DNA of 64,000 bases from Desulfobacterales bacterium (GCA_963674755.2 CAXXVS010000003.1:384001-448000); one strand, 5' to 3'; counted from the stretch's first letter, positions 1 to 10,083 are shown. Notes: a model not told the origin generated them from the sequence alone. A program made the numbers and translations.

Positions 1-1
1 T

Positions 2-2209
2 CGGCCCTCCACGGTGAGCACGGTTTATGCTGAGGACGGCCAGAAAATCGCCGAGTTCTACAAAGAGCGCCGTATCGTGATCCCCCTGGAAGAGATTCCC
101 CCCATGCTGGTGGAGGCCTTTATCGCGGCCGAGGACTCGCGGTTTTACGAGCACCGCGGTATCGATTTCAAAAGTATTGCGCGGGCCTTTTTCAAAAATT
201 TGGAGGCCGGGGGCATTGTCCAGGGCGGCAGCACCATTACCCAGCAGGTGACCAAATCGTTTTTTCTTACGCCCGAGAGAAGTTACAAGCGCAAGTTAAA
301 GGAAGCGGTCCTGGCCTATCGCATCAGCGAGCGCTTTACCAAAGAGGAGGTGCTGTTTCTCTATCTCAACCAGATCTATCTGGGCCACGGGGCTTACGGT
401 GTTCAGGCCGCCGCGCAAAACTACTTCGGCAAATCCGTCCAGGATCTGACCCTGGCCGAATGCGCCATTCTGGCAGGCCTTCCCCAGGCCCCCAGCCGGT
501 ACTCACCCCATCGCTATCCGGAGCGTGCCCGGCAGCGGCAGCTTTACGTTTTGAGTCGTATGGTCGAGGAAGGCTACATAACGGAGCAACAGGCCGAAGA
601 AGCACGCAACGAGGTCTGGGATATCAAGCCGCGGCGCAACTGGTATGCTGAAAAAGCCCCCTTTTACACGGAACATGTCCGGCGCTACGTGGCGGAGAAA
701 TACGGTGAAGCGGCCCTCAACCAGGAGGGGCTCAACATCTATACGGCCGTGGATGTGAGTACGCAGGCCGCCGCCCGGGAAGAGATGGGGAAGGGGCTGC
801 GCGATCTGGACAAACGCCAGGGGTATCGCGGACCACGCGAACACCTGGCCCCGGATCAACGTGATGCGTTTCTCCAAAGTCTGGCCGCCGAGCAGGTTGA
901 TATGCTGGCGCCGGATACCATCGTACGCGGGCTTGTGACGGCCGTGGACGACAAACGCAAACGGGTCGAAGTGTCGCTTGGCAGCGCCAAGGGCTTCATT
1001 GCGCTGGAAGATATGGCCTGGGCCCGCAAACCGAATCCGGAGGTCGGCTATTGGGCTGTCAAAATCACACGCCCGAGTTTGGCCCTGACGGTCGGTGATG
1101 TGATCGACGTGCGCCTGAAGGCCCAAAAGGACGGTGATGCCGATTGGGCGTTGGCCCTGGAGCAGACCCCCAAAGCCCAGTCCGCGTTGTTGTGTATCGA
1201 AGCGGAAACCGGTTTTGTCAAAGCCATGGTGGGCGGGCGTGACTTTCAAGACAGCCAGTTCAATCGGGCCATCCAGTCCCGGCGGCAGCCGGGCTCTGCG
1301 TTCAAGCCCATCATCTATGCAGCCGCCATCGACAAAGGCTATACGCCGGCCACGGTCATTTTGGACGCCCCGATCGTCTTTGAAGACACGGAACGGGACT
1401 TTACCTGGAAGCCCAAAAACTACAAGGAAACGTTTTACGGCCCCACCCTGCTGCGCCAGGCCCTGGCCAAATCGCGCAATGTGGTGACGGTCAAGATCCT
1501 AAAGGATATCGGGATCGACTATGCCATCGACTATGCCCGCAAGATGGGGATTCAGTCCCATTTAAACCGTGATCTGTCTATTGCCCTGGGCTCCTCGGGG
1601 GTTTCCCTGCTGGAAATCGTGAATGCTTACTCGGTGTTCGCCAATCGGGGCTATCGGGTCAACCCGATCTTTGTCACCCGGATCACCGATCGCGACGGTC
1701 ATGTGCTGGAAGAAAATCGCCCTGAGCGTGAAAAGGTGATCGAGGAAACCACGGCTTATATTATCAGCAGCCTGTTGGAGAGCGTCGTAAAAAGCGGCAC
1801 CGGTCAGCGGGTGCGCGCCCTCAACCGTCCGGTGGCCGGTAAGACCGGCACCACCAACAACCTTTATGATGCCTGGTTCGTGGGCTATACCCCGGATATC
1901 ATCACCGGGGTCTGGGTCGGTTTCGATGAAGAGGGGTCCCTGGGCAGAGGCGAAACCGGTTCCCGGGCGGCTAGCCCGATCTGGCTGGGATTCATGCAGC
2001 GCGTCATGGCGGACCGCCCCGTCAAAGTCTTTGAGGTTCCGGAGGGCATCGTCTTCAGCCGCATCGATGCCGAAACCGGTTTATTGCCGATTCCCGAATC
2101 CAAGGAGACGATTTTCGAGTGTTTCAAAGAAGGGACCGTGCCCACCGAACATACCAAAGCCCCCGATACGATCGCGGAACCGGAGGACCTTTTCAAGGCC
2201 GGTATGTGA
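2..2209 (+). CDS. mrcA: Penicillin-binding protein 1A, 5'-truncated by window edge
   Basis: Transglycosylase motifs AEDSRFYEHRG, QGGSTITQQ, RKLKE, YLNQIYLG; transpeptidase QPGSAFK, SRN, KTGT. Frame is open to the window start. Confidence 0.95.
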   Translation, partial: RPSTVSTVYAEDGQKIAEFYKERRIVIPLEEIPPMLVEAFIAAEDSRFYEHRGIDFKSIARAFFKNLEAGGIVQGGSTITQQVTKSFFLTPERSYKRKLKEAVLAYRISERFTKEEVLFLYLNQIYLGHGAYGVQAAAQNYFGKSVQDLTLAECAILAGLPQAPSRYSPHRYPERARQRQLYVLSRMVEEGYITEQQAEEARNEVWDIKPRRNWYAEKAPFYTEHVRRYVAEKYGEAALNQEGLNIYTAVDVSTQAAAREEMGKGLRDLDKRQGYRGPREHLAPDQRDAFLQSLAAEQVDMLAPDTIVRGLVTAVDDKRKRVEVSLGSAKGFIALEDMAWARKPNPEVGYWAVKITRPSLALTVGDVIDVRLKAQKDGDADWALALEQTPKAQSALLCIEAETGFVKAMVGGRDFQDSQFNRAIQSRRQPGSAFKPIIYAAAIDKGYTPATVILDAPIVFEDTERDFTWKPKNYKETFYGPTLLRQALAKSRNVVTVKILKDIGIDYAIDYARKMGIQSHLNRDLSIALGSSGVSLLEIVNAYSVFANRGYRVNPIFVTRITDRDGHVLEENRPEREKVIEETTAYIISSLLESVVKSGTGQRVRALNRPVAGKTGTTNNLYDAWFVGYTPDIITGVWVGFDEEGSLGRGETGSRAASPIWLGFMQRVMADRPVKVFEVPEGIVFSRIDAETGLLPIPESKETIFECFKEGTVPTEHTKAPDTIAEPEDLFKAGM

Positions 2210-2263
2210 TCGCTGCCGAAAGACGATCGGCAACATTAAAAACGATATCGACGTCGTCAGTTC

Positions 2264-2307
2264 GAAAGAAAAAGCCGCTGCTTTATGAAAAAGCAGCGGC
2301 TTTTTTG
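2264..2307. terminator. Bidirectional intrinsic terminator between convergent mrcA and uspA
   Basis: AAAAAGCCGCTGCTTT...AAAGCAGCGGCTTTTTT hairpin flanked by A and T tracts. Confidence 0.85.
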
Positions 2308-2357
2308 GGGGAGATCCGAAGGGTGTGACGTTTTCAACCCGTTGGATCAGGCTAATC

Positions 2358-2891
2358 CTATTCCGGCAGGCGTACCGCGAGCACCGGAATCTTAGAGCGG
2401 CGCAACACCCTGCTGGTGGTGCTGCCCATCATGGCATCCACAAGGGCTCCCCGGCCATGCGTTCCCATCACGATTACGTCACAATGCTTCTCCTCCGCCG
2501 TGGCGAGAATCTGAGCGACCGGGTTGCCCCGTTTGATGACGGTTTCGTCCAGAGCGGCTTCGTGGTCGTCGGTACCGGGGCGCAGGTTTTCACAGAAGCG
2601 GTCCAGCACTTCATGAATCATGGTATTATCCCGTTTTTTACCGATCAGGACATCGCGGGCTTCGTCAATGTTGCGCTTCTTGATGTCTTCCCACTCTTGG
2701 GCCCCGATGTAGCCGATGACATTGGCATCCACAAATTCGGGAGTCTCATCGATGACGTGCAGGATAATGATCTGGGCGCCATAGCTATTGGCTAGACTGA
2801 CAGCGTAGGCCATGGCATAGCGCGCATTTTCCGACAGGTCGGTGGCATACAAAATACGCTTGATTTCCACTGAGGGTAGATCGACGTTCAT
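2358..2891 (-). CDS. Universal stress protein (UspA family), TRAP-associated
   Basis: IKRILYATDLS N-terminus and DVIVMGTHGRG...GSTTSRVLRRSKIPVLAV motif. ATG 2891 follows a GGGA SD-like site. Confidence 0.92.
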   Translation of the reverse strand: MNVDLPSVEIKRILYATDLSENARYAMAYAVSLANSYGAQIIILHVIDETPEFVDANVIGYIGAQEWEDIKKRNIDEARDVLIGKKRDNTMIHEVLDRFCENLRPGTDDHEAALDETVIKRGNPVAQILATAEEKHCDVIVMGTHGRGALVDAMMGSTTSRVLRRSKIPVLAVRLPE

Positions 2892-3087
2892 GGTATGGTT
2901 CCCTTGTCTTTTGAGTGCGTCCAAATTTCCGGCCGGAAACGCGTTCCGATCGGAAAAGTTACGAAGATTTTTAATCCAGACAGCTCACCGGAACAATATC
3001 ATTAAGCCTTAAATCCGCTCCGACGGCGTTTTTGAAAATGACCCTCGCGGCATCTGGATATCATTCGAATCCACTTCTTGGCCATCT

Positions 3088-5436
3088 TTATGCCGAGGTG
3101 CTTGCTTTTTTAAGGGCCTGGCGTTGATGGATGGGAAGCGTCAGGTCCGGATTCCTTCGGATCCGCACTTTCTGCATGAAGAAAACCACCACCCACAAGG
3201 CAATGCCGAGACCGTCCACGATGAAGGTCGGCATTTCGAAACCGATAATCCACTTGATCAGGTGAGGGAAGAATAGGATCAGGGTGGCCACGGCACTGAT
3301 GATCCACTCAATGATGTTGGTGGGGCAGAGGAAATATCCCATGGTCAAGCTGCCGAAGGCGATGGTGCCCAAAACGATGGTGATCATGGTGGAGACCACC
3401 TGATACCAGGGCATCATATGCTCCGGGCCGCCAAGCAGAAAGCCCGGAGAAAAGGCGAACAGAAATGGGCCGACATAGAGCATTTTGGCAAACTTGAAAG
3501 AGGTCCAGCCGGTCTTCCAGGGGTCGGAGCCGGCAATGGCCGCGCCGGCGTAGGCCGCCACGCATACCGGCGGAGTGATGTTGGAATCCTGGCTGAACCA
3601 ATAGACGATCATGTGGGAGGCGATCAGGGCCCATGATACCTGGGCGATAATCAAGTCGCGTTGGGGATCACCGGGCAAAAGCTCACCGAGGGGCAGTTGG
3701 AGTTCCATCAGCCCCATCCCGAAAAAACTGCGGCAGATCATGTCGGACACGGCACCCACGGCCAGCACGGCCGTAATCAGGTAGGCGGCGGTGACCGGCA
3801 CGCCCATGCCCAGCACCAGCGAGGCGAGACCTACCAGCAGAATGGCGATAATCAGGTTGCCGGAGGAAAGCTCGATGATGATCTGGGAGAAGCGCAGCCC
3901 GATACCCGTAAGCTGAATCGTGCCGACGATGATGCCGATAACGCCCACCGTGGCGCCGATGATCAGAGTGGCCCGGGCACCCTCGTTCATGGCGCCGAAA
4001 ATTTCCTTGATACCCATGCGGCTGTCCGAAGTCAGCCAACTCACCGCGATGCAGGATAGAATCGCCCAGAAACCCGCATATCCCGGTGAATAGCCGACGA
4101 GCATCATCACCACGATGACCACCAATGGCACGGACATGAACCACTGCTTCTTAAGAATCTGCCAGGCCGAAGGGGCGCCCTCCTCGCGGATACCCACCAG
4201 CCCGTGGCGTTTGGCCTCGAAGTGGATCATCACGAAAACCGAGAGGAAGTAGATCACGGCCGGGAAGATGGCCATGAGCATGATCTTCACATAGGGAATT
4301 TCCGTCATTTCAGCCATGATAAAGCCGCCGGCCCCCATGATAGGTGGCATGAACATGCCGCCGATGGAGGCCGAGGGTTCGATGGCTCCGGCCACATGAG
4401 GCCTGAATCCGGCCTTTTTCATCAGAGGAATCGTGAAGGCACCCGTGGAAACCGTGTTGGCGATGGCCGAACCCGAGACCGATCCGAAAAAGCCCGAAGC
4501 CAGCACCGCTACCTTGGCCGGACCGCCTACCGATTTGCCGGCGATCGCCATGGGCAGATCCAGAAAGAAGCGGCTGGCACCGGAAAATTTTAAAAATGAG
4601 CCGAAGAAAATGAACAGGATGACATAGGTCACCAAAACGCTGGCCATGATGCCGAACACGCCCTCCTGCTTGTAATAGATGTGGTTCAGGGCGCGGTCTA
4701 TTTTAAAACCGGTGTGGGCGAAGGCCTTGAGTACCGGGATGTGGTGCAGCAGGTCGCCGTAAAAAGCGTAGAGCAGGAAAAAAACGCCCACCAGGGTCAT
4801 GGACCAGCCCAGTACCCGACGCGCTACCTCGAGGGACACCAGGATGCCCAGAAAGCTAACGGCGGTGTCCAAGGGGGTTTCGGATCCCATGCGGTAGTTG
4901 ATGGCCGCGTATTCCCTGATGTAGTAGCCCACCGCGAAAATGGCGACGGCCGTGAGCAATAGATCGAGAGCAACGGGGGCGCTGTCGTTTTTTCCCCAGT
5001 AAGGGAGCGGCAGGAAGAAAACGACCGACAAGCCCAGGCTGACGATAAGATAGAGCCAGTTGATGGCGACAAATGGTTCCCTTGCCCCCTGGGTGCCGAA
5101 GAGAAAATGCAGTGCAAAATAGAAGAGCATTGCCGTCGTGAGATAAGGGATCAACGCATCGAGATAGTAGCCAGGTTTGTTGACGGGTTTGCCCGTCATA
5201 GGGTAGCTGAGCATGATCATTACATAGGTGACCATGACATAGATGCCCAGGAAGTACTGGGTATCGACCGGGATGGCGGCGGCGTACATGTAAAACAGCA
5301 CCATGCCAACGCCCATGGCGGAGATCAGCCCGAACCAGATGCCGGTCACGGGGCGTCCGGTTTTGGCGTCCTTGCTGACGATTTTTTGAAGCTTTTCCTT
5401 ATCTTCAGCGGTTTCGGGGATGTCGATTTCGCTCAT
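3088..5436 (-). CDS. TRAP transporter fused 4TM/12TM permease (TAXI type)
   Basis: GGPAKVAV, GSVSGSAIANTVSTG, SIGGMFMPPIMGAGGF, LGMGVPVTAAY, ITPPVC motifs; follows a TAXI receptor gene. Confidence 0.95.
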   Translation of the reverse strand: MSEIDIPETAEDKEKLQKIVSKDAKTGRPVTGIWFGLISAMGVGMVLFYMYAAAIPVDTQYFLGIYVMVTYVMIMLSYPMTGKPVNKPGYYLDALIPYLTTAMLFYFALHFLFGTQGAREPFVAINWLYLIVSLGLSVVFFLPLPYWGKNDSAPVALDLLLTAVAIFAVGYYIREYAAINYRMGSETPLDTAVSFLGILVSLEVARRVLGWSMTLVGVFFLLYAFYGDLLHHIPVLKAFAHTGFKIDRALNHIYYKQEGVFGIMASVLVTYVILFIFFGSFLKFSGASRFFLDLPMAIAGKSVGGPAKVAVLASGFFGSVSGSAIANTVSTGAFTIPLMKKAGFRPHVAGAIEPSASIGGMFMPPIMGAGGFIMAEMTEIPYVKIMLMAIFPAVIYFLSVFVMIHFEAKRHGLVGIREEGAPSAWQILKKQWFMSVPLVVIVVMMLVGYSPGYAGFWAILSCIAVSWLTSDSRMGIKEIFGAMNEGARATLIIGATVGVIGIIVGTIQLTGIGLRFSQIIIELSSGNLIIAILLVGLASLVLGMGVPVTAAYLITAVLAVGAVSDMICRSFFGMGLMELQLPLGELLPGDPQRDLIIAQVSWALIASHMIVYWFSQDSNITPPVCVAAYAGAAIAGSDPWKTGWTSFKFAKMLYVGPFLFAFSPGFLLGGPEHMMPWYQVVSTMITIVLGTIAFGSLTMGYFLCPTNIIEWIISAVATLILFFPHLIKWIIGFEMPTFIVDGLGIALWVVVFFMQKVRIRRNPDLTLPIHQRQALKKASTSA

Positions 5437-5491
5437 TTCAAATTCCTCGTACTGCTGTTGACAATACTGTTGGCCTGTGAAAGCTCATGTT

Positions 5492-5530
5492 AAAGATAAA
5501 GCGGGGAAGCGCAATGGCGCGCTTCCCCGC
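5492..5530 (-). terminator. Intercistronic hairpin after TAXI receptor gene
   Basis: GCGGGGAAGCGC-N6-GCGCTTCCCCGC, then TTTATCTTT on the minus strand. Confidence 0.65.
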
Positions 5531-5538
5531 GGTTTGTT

Positions 5539-6516
5539 TTACTGCATCAGATTGGCGGGGATTTCTTTGCCCTGTTCTTTCCAGAACTTGATTGCGCCCG
5601 GGTGCAACGGCACGGAAGCGCCGGTGAAGCCGTTTTTCAGGTTCATTTCACTGAAGGATTTTTTAGCTGTAACCATGGCTTCCATGCCGGCCTTGGACCA
5701 CAAGGTTTTCATGATGGTGTAGACCAGATCTTCGGGCATGTCGACATTGGTGGTCAGAATGCAGGAATCCTGAAAACTCTTGGTGGCGGGCATGCCCTTG
5801 CCATAGGTGCCGGCCGGGATCGTCATGGGCGAGTAGGCGAAAGCCTTATAAAAGCCGGTTTTTTCGGCGTCGACGCCCACATCCACCAGCGCAATCGGCA
5901 CCTGAACGGCGGCTTCGATGATGGAACGGTTGGGATAACCCACTAACACCCAGAACGCATCGATCTTGCCGTCCTGGAAGGCGCTTGCGGCCTGACTGTA
6001 ACCCAGAAAATCCGGTTTGAATTTATCCCACAGGCCAATATGGCGGAAAAAACGCTCGGCACTGGCGGCGGCGCCCGAGCCGGCGTTGCCCAAGGCCACG
6101 CGTTTACCTTCAAGCTGCATGGCACTGGTGATACCGGCGTCGGCGCGTACCACGAGCTGGGCCGGGGCGCCGTAGAGGTAGCCCATGGACCGGATCTTGT
6201 TGTATTTCACGTCGTCCTGGGGCAACTTACCATTGAATCCCAGAGCGCTGTCCACAGCATAGCAAAGACCGAAATCGGACTCGCCGTTATGGATGCGTTT
6301 GAGGTTTTCCACCGACCCGCCCGAACCCACCGAGCTGGCCTGGATGTTCGGATCAACCTTGGGGACGTACACGGCCATGGCATTGGTGAAGGTGTTGAAG
6401 GTCCCGCCGGTCGGCCCGCCGCCGATCTTGATGCTGTAGTTTTCCGCAAGGGCCGGGACGGCGATCATTGCCATCACCGCGGCCGCCATTATGGCGATTA
6501 TTACGTGTCTCTTCAT
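5539..6516 (-). CDS. TAXI-family TRAP solute receptor
   Basis: Signal peptide; GGPTGGTF, SGGSVENL, GKRVALGNAGSG, VPLHPGAIKFWKE motifs. Confidence 0.95.
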   Translation of the reverse strand: MKRHVIIAIMAAAVMAMIAVPALAENYSIKIGGGPTGGTFNTFTNAMAVYVPKVDPNIQASSVGSGGSVENLKRIHNGESDFGLCYAVDSALGFNGKLPQDDVKYNKIRSMGYLYGAPAQLVVRADAGITSAMQLEGKRVALGNAGSGAAASAERFFRHIGLWDKFKPDFLGYSQAASAFQDGKIDAFWVLVGYPNRSIIEAAVQVPIALVDVGVDAEKTGFYKAFAYSPMTIPAGTYGKGMPATKSFQDSCILTTNVDMPEDLVYTIMKTLWSKAGMEAMVTAKKSFSEMNLKNGFTGASVPLHPGAIKFWKEQGKEIPANLMQ

Positions 6517-6668
6517 GGGGTTCTCCTTTCATCCCGTTTCATGGTTTGTGGGGCTGTTCGGTGCGCCTGCCGGAGCACGTCGCAAGGCATCGGCGCAGGA
6601 AGGCCCCTCCTGTTGCAGGGCTGTGCCTTGTCAGCTCCTCTCTTCAGGTAGCGCAAGGAACGACAAGC

Positions 6669-6697
6669 CTTTTACCCCTTAGCCACCAGGACCGCAA
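6669..6697 (-). promoter_or_regulatory. Candidate sigma70 promoter of the TAXI-TRAP operon
   Basis: TTGCGG-N17-TAAAAG on the minus strand. Confidence 0.45.
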
Positions 6698-6707
6698 AAG
6701 TAAAGAT

Positions 6708-6767
6708 GGGAAGTTCTGAAATCCAGCGACGGGAATTTCTGATTCGTATGTAAGAATATTTCTTACA
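6708..6767. promoter_or_regulatory. Candidate response-regulator binding sites
   Basis: GGGAAGTTCTGA (6708-6719), GGGAATTTCTGA (6731-6742) and perfect palindrome TGTAAGAA-TAT-TTCTTACA (6749-6767). Confidence 0.5.
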
Positions 6768-7401
6768 GTTCTACCAAGTGGTTCTGGATCGCGAACCGGG
6801 AAAGCTCGGCGTTGTTCCGCAGGTTGAGCTTTTTCAGGATACGGAAGCGGTAGGTATCGACGGTCTTAATGCTGATGCCGTAGATGGAGGCGATCTCGCG
6901 GTTGGTCGCGCCCATAGCCAGCCGGCGCATCACCTGGAGTTCGCGCATGGAAAGCGAATCCAGCAGATTTTGACCGCCGGTGCCGCGGGCCACCCGCAAG
7001 GCCAGCGCCTCGGCGGCCTCATCCGTCAGAAAACGGCTGCCGCCGATGACTTTGCGAATGGCGCTGACCAACTGCTCGGGGGCCGATTGCTTGGTAATGT
7101 ACCCCATGGCCCCAGCCTCGATGGCCCGCACGACGTACTGCCCCTCCTCGTGCATGGTGAGGACGAGCAGCGGGAGGGAAGGATGATCGACGTGCAACCG
7201 GCTGATCACTTCCAGGCCGTCGAGCCCCGGCATGGAGAGGTCGATGACGGCCACATCCGGCCGTGCGCTTTCCACGGCACGCAGGGCGTCGCGCCCGTTG
7301 GCGGCTTCCGCCACAACAGTCATATCACCACTTTCCTCGATCAGGCGCCTCAGACCGGCACGTACGATGCTGTGGTCATCGGCCAGCAGAACCTTGACCA
7401 T
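6763..7401 (-). CDS. NarL/UvrY-family response regulator (REC + LuxR HTH)
   Basis: VLLADDH, DVAVIDLSMPGLDG, LVLTM, GYITK; LSMRELQV...ISIKTVDTYR. Confidence 0.95.
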   Translation of the reverse strand: MVKVLLADDHSIVRAGLRRLIEESGDMTVVAEAANGRDALRAVESARPDVAVIDLSMPGLDGLEVISRLHVDHPSLPLLVLTMHEEGQYVVRAIEAGAMGYITKQSAPEQLVSAIRKVIGGSRFLTDEAAEALALRVARGTGGQNLLDSLSMRELQVMRRLAMGATNREIASIYGISIKTVDTYRFRILKKLNLRNNAELSRFAIQNHLVEL

Positions 7402-7465
7402 GTTCAGTTGTCCCCGTTGCGTTGTGCGCTGTTGGCGCGGTAGTGGCCGGCAAGAAGCGGCCGCG

Positions 7466-9922
7466 TCAGGTCTCTTGATTCAAAGGCACCATAAAGCGAA
7501 CCAGCGTGCCGTGTCCAGTCTGGGAGTGGATTTCCAATTTGCCGCCGGCAAGTGTTGCGCGTTCCCGCATGCCGGCCAGGCCCAAGCCCTCGAATTCCGG
7601 CAGATGGTTCACTTCAAAGCCGCGGCCGTCGTCGTGCACGGAAAGCACGAGGCCATCGGATGTGGTGCCGAGACGTACATTCACATGGTCGGCCTCAGCG
7701 TGGCGCACCACATTGGTCAAGGCCTCTTGGGCGATCCGGTAAGCGGCGGTGGCCACCGTATCACTGGGGGTGGGTATGGCAGCTGATTTGAGAACACAGG
7801 TGATACCGGTGCGCCGCTCAAAGTCCGAAGTGTAAAGCTCGAGCGCGTCCACAAGACCCAGATCATCCAGAACCCCCGGCCGCAGATGAAACGCGAGGGT
7901 TCGCACATCGTCGATGGTCTGGTCAATGATACGGCACATGCTGCCGATGCGTCCGGCAATGAATTTATCGCCGGTTTTGAGTTTTTCTTGCAGCCAGACA
8001 GCGTCCAGGCGCAACGCGGTAAGGACTTGGCCAAGCTCGTCATGGAGCTCGCGGGCGATCGCCGCCCGCTCTTTTTCCTGGTTGGCCATGATACTGCCCG
8101 ATAGGCGGCGCAGCTGGTTCTGAGCTTTTTTCAGATCCGTGATATCGGTGGCAATACCGCCCACCCCGCGAATACCTCCGTCTTCGTTGTAAACCGGGAA
8201 CTTCACGGACAGGTAGGTATGCTGTCCGTCGGACTGGGGAATCATTTCCTCGACTTGGTACGATCGCTGTTCGGCCAGTACCCGCCGGTCCCCTTCTTGA
8301 AATTGTTTCGCCACTGTGTCCGGCAGAATCTCATGGTCGTTGCGACCGCGGATGTCGGCGTCCCTGAGCTCAAAAAGCTCTTCATAGCGCGAGTTCACCA
8401 GCAGGTAGCGTCCGTTGATGTCTTTGAAATAGACGACGGCCGGTGTGTGTTTGAGGATGCTGCTGATTTCGCGGGTGCGTAGTGTGACTTGGCGCTCCAG
8501 ATCTTTCGAATAGCGGCTCAGTTCCTTCTGGGTGCGTTTGAGGGCCTCTTCCGCCCGCTTGCGTTCCGTAACATCGATGGAAACCGCCAGGGTGCGTGTA
8601 AGTCGGCCTTCGTCATCGCGGTCGGCAATGGCCGAAAGGACCACATCGATCGTTTCGTTGGTTCTGGTACGGAACTGATAGGCCACGTCCTTGCAGAGCC
8701 CGGTGCTGAAAAACAGAGGGAAAATTTCTTTTTCAGCGGTCCGCCGGGATTCAGGCGTCATAAACGTCGTTAGCGGCTGTCCGATCACCTCATGGGGTTG
8801 GTAGCCCAGCGCCTGGGCCCAGAAGTCGCTGACGCTGACCAGCCGCCCCTCGGTATCGATGGAGTGCAGCATGGCGGGCGTACGATGGTAAAGAGAGCGA
8901 TAACGCTCCTCGCTCTTGCGCAGAGCGCTTTCAACCAGCCGCCGCCGGGCGATTTCTTTGCTGGCATTCTGGTAAAGCAGAAGCACGGCAACACCGATCA
9001 GAAGGCAGAGCAGCAAGACGACCGGACCGGTGACACGGAGAAACGGGTCCGAAATAGCGGCGGAGATGGCCTGGTAACTTCTAAGCTGAATGATTTTCCA
9101 TCCCGGGAAAGTATCGAGCTCCACTTGGTTCATCAGAAAACGCTCTGCCCCCAGGGTGGCCGTTTGCTGGTCGTCCTGGAATGTCAGGCCGACCCATTGC
9201 CACGGGCCGGCGCCGAATTGCCGCTCCCCGGCGATTTGGCGGATTTCGTCAGGCGAGGGGCGCCAGGCTAAGCGGAAAAGCCAGTCGCCGCGGTTGGAAA
9301 TAAAGATCACCCCTCGGGGATCGGTGACCAGAACGATGTCTTCGCTGGTTAATCCCAGGCGGTTTTCAATGACGTCAATGGAGGATTTGATGACCACGAC
9401 CCCGATCGGGTCCTCCGTAGGATTCCCGTAAATCGGACAGCTATTGTAAATCCCCCGTTTCTGCGAGGTGGTACCGAGGGCCAGATACGCGGTGGGCCAG
9501 CCCTTGATGGCCTTTTTAAAATAGGGGCGAAAACCGAAATTCTGGCCCACAAAACTGTCCGGGGCAAGACGGTTGCTGGAGGCCACGGTGAGGCCCTCTT
9601 GGTTGATGAGGTAGCAGACATCCGCCTCAAGGTTCCGCTGGAATTGATCCAGGAGGGCATTGACCGCCTGGGTCGACGCGCTGGTTGCTGCGCTGAGATG
9701 ATCTGACAGAAGCGTCTGACCGGCCAGAATGCGGACGACCTTGTTGTTTTCGGCCAGGTAGGAGGTCACGCTTTTGGAAAGGATTTCCAGGCGCATCTTC
9801 GCCTGACGCTCGGCTTCTTTAAAGGCCGATGCGTGCAAGTTGGCATAGTAGAGGTAGCCGCCGAGAGATGTAGAGAGAAAAGCAAGAAAAGCAAGAACAA
9901 GCAGGATAAGTCGTAAACGCAT
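7466..9922 (-). CDS. Membrane histidine kinase: DctB-like dCache sensor, 2 PAS, HisKA_3, HATPase
   Basis: Two TMs flank ...ASSN...SFVGQNFGFRPYF...LGTTSQKRG; two PAS/PAC repeats; ERAAIARELHDELGQ, QEALTNVVRHA, DDGRGF, GLGLAGMRER. Confidence 0.92.
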   Translation of the reverse strand: MRLRLILLVLAFLAFLSTSLGGYLYYANLHASAFKEAERQAKMRLEILSKSVTSYLAENNKVVRILAGQTLLSDHLSAATSASTQAVNALLDQFQRNLEADVCYLINQEGLTVASSNRLAPDSFVGQNFGFRPYFKKAIKGWPTAYLALGTTSQKRGIYNSCPIYGNPTEDPIGVVVIKSSIDVIENRLGLTSEDIVLVTDPRGVIFISNRGDWLFRLAWRPSPDEIRQIAGERQFGAGPWQWVGLTFQDDQQTATLGAERFLMNQVELDTFPGWKIIQLRSYQAISAAISDPFLRVTGPVVLLLCLLIGVAVLLLYQNASKEIARRRLVESALRKSEERYRSLYHRTPAMLHSIDTEGRLVSVSDFWAQALGYQPHEVIGQPLTTFMTPESRRTAEKEIFPLFFSTGLCKDVAYQFRTRTNETIDVVLSAIADRDDEGRLTRTLAVSIDVTERKRAEEALKRTQKELSRYSKDLERQVTLRTREISSILKHTPAVVYFKDINGRYLLVNSRYEELFELRDADIRGRNDHEILPDTVAKQFQEGDRRVLAEQRSYQVEEMIPQSDGQHTYLSVKFPVYNEDGGIRGVGGIATDITDLKKAQNQLRRLSGSIMANQEKERAAIARELHDELGQVLTALRLDAVWLQEKLKTGDKFIAGRIGSMCRIIDQTIDDVRTLAFHLRPGVLDDLGLVDALELYTSDFERRTGITCVLKSAAIPTPSDTVATAAYRIAQEALTNVVRHAEADHVNVRLGTTSDGLVLSVHDDGRGFEVNHLPEFEGLGLAGMRERATLAGGKLEIHSQTGHGTLVRFMVPLNQET

Positions 9923-10083
9923 GTTGCGCGCTCCGCTAAATGAAGCCAAATGGGATCAGGTGTCCCTGATTTCGCTTCGGAAACATTGCGTACCTTTGCG
10001 GCCGGCTCCCTGGTGAGCAAGCCGTGGGGGAAAGATGCGCGCGGTGCCGGCGGAGCGTTTGGACCGTTCCGCAGCGTCCTCCC

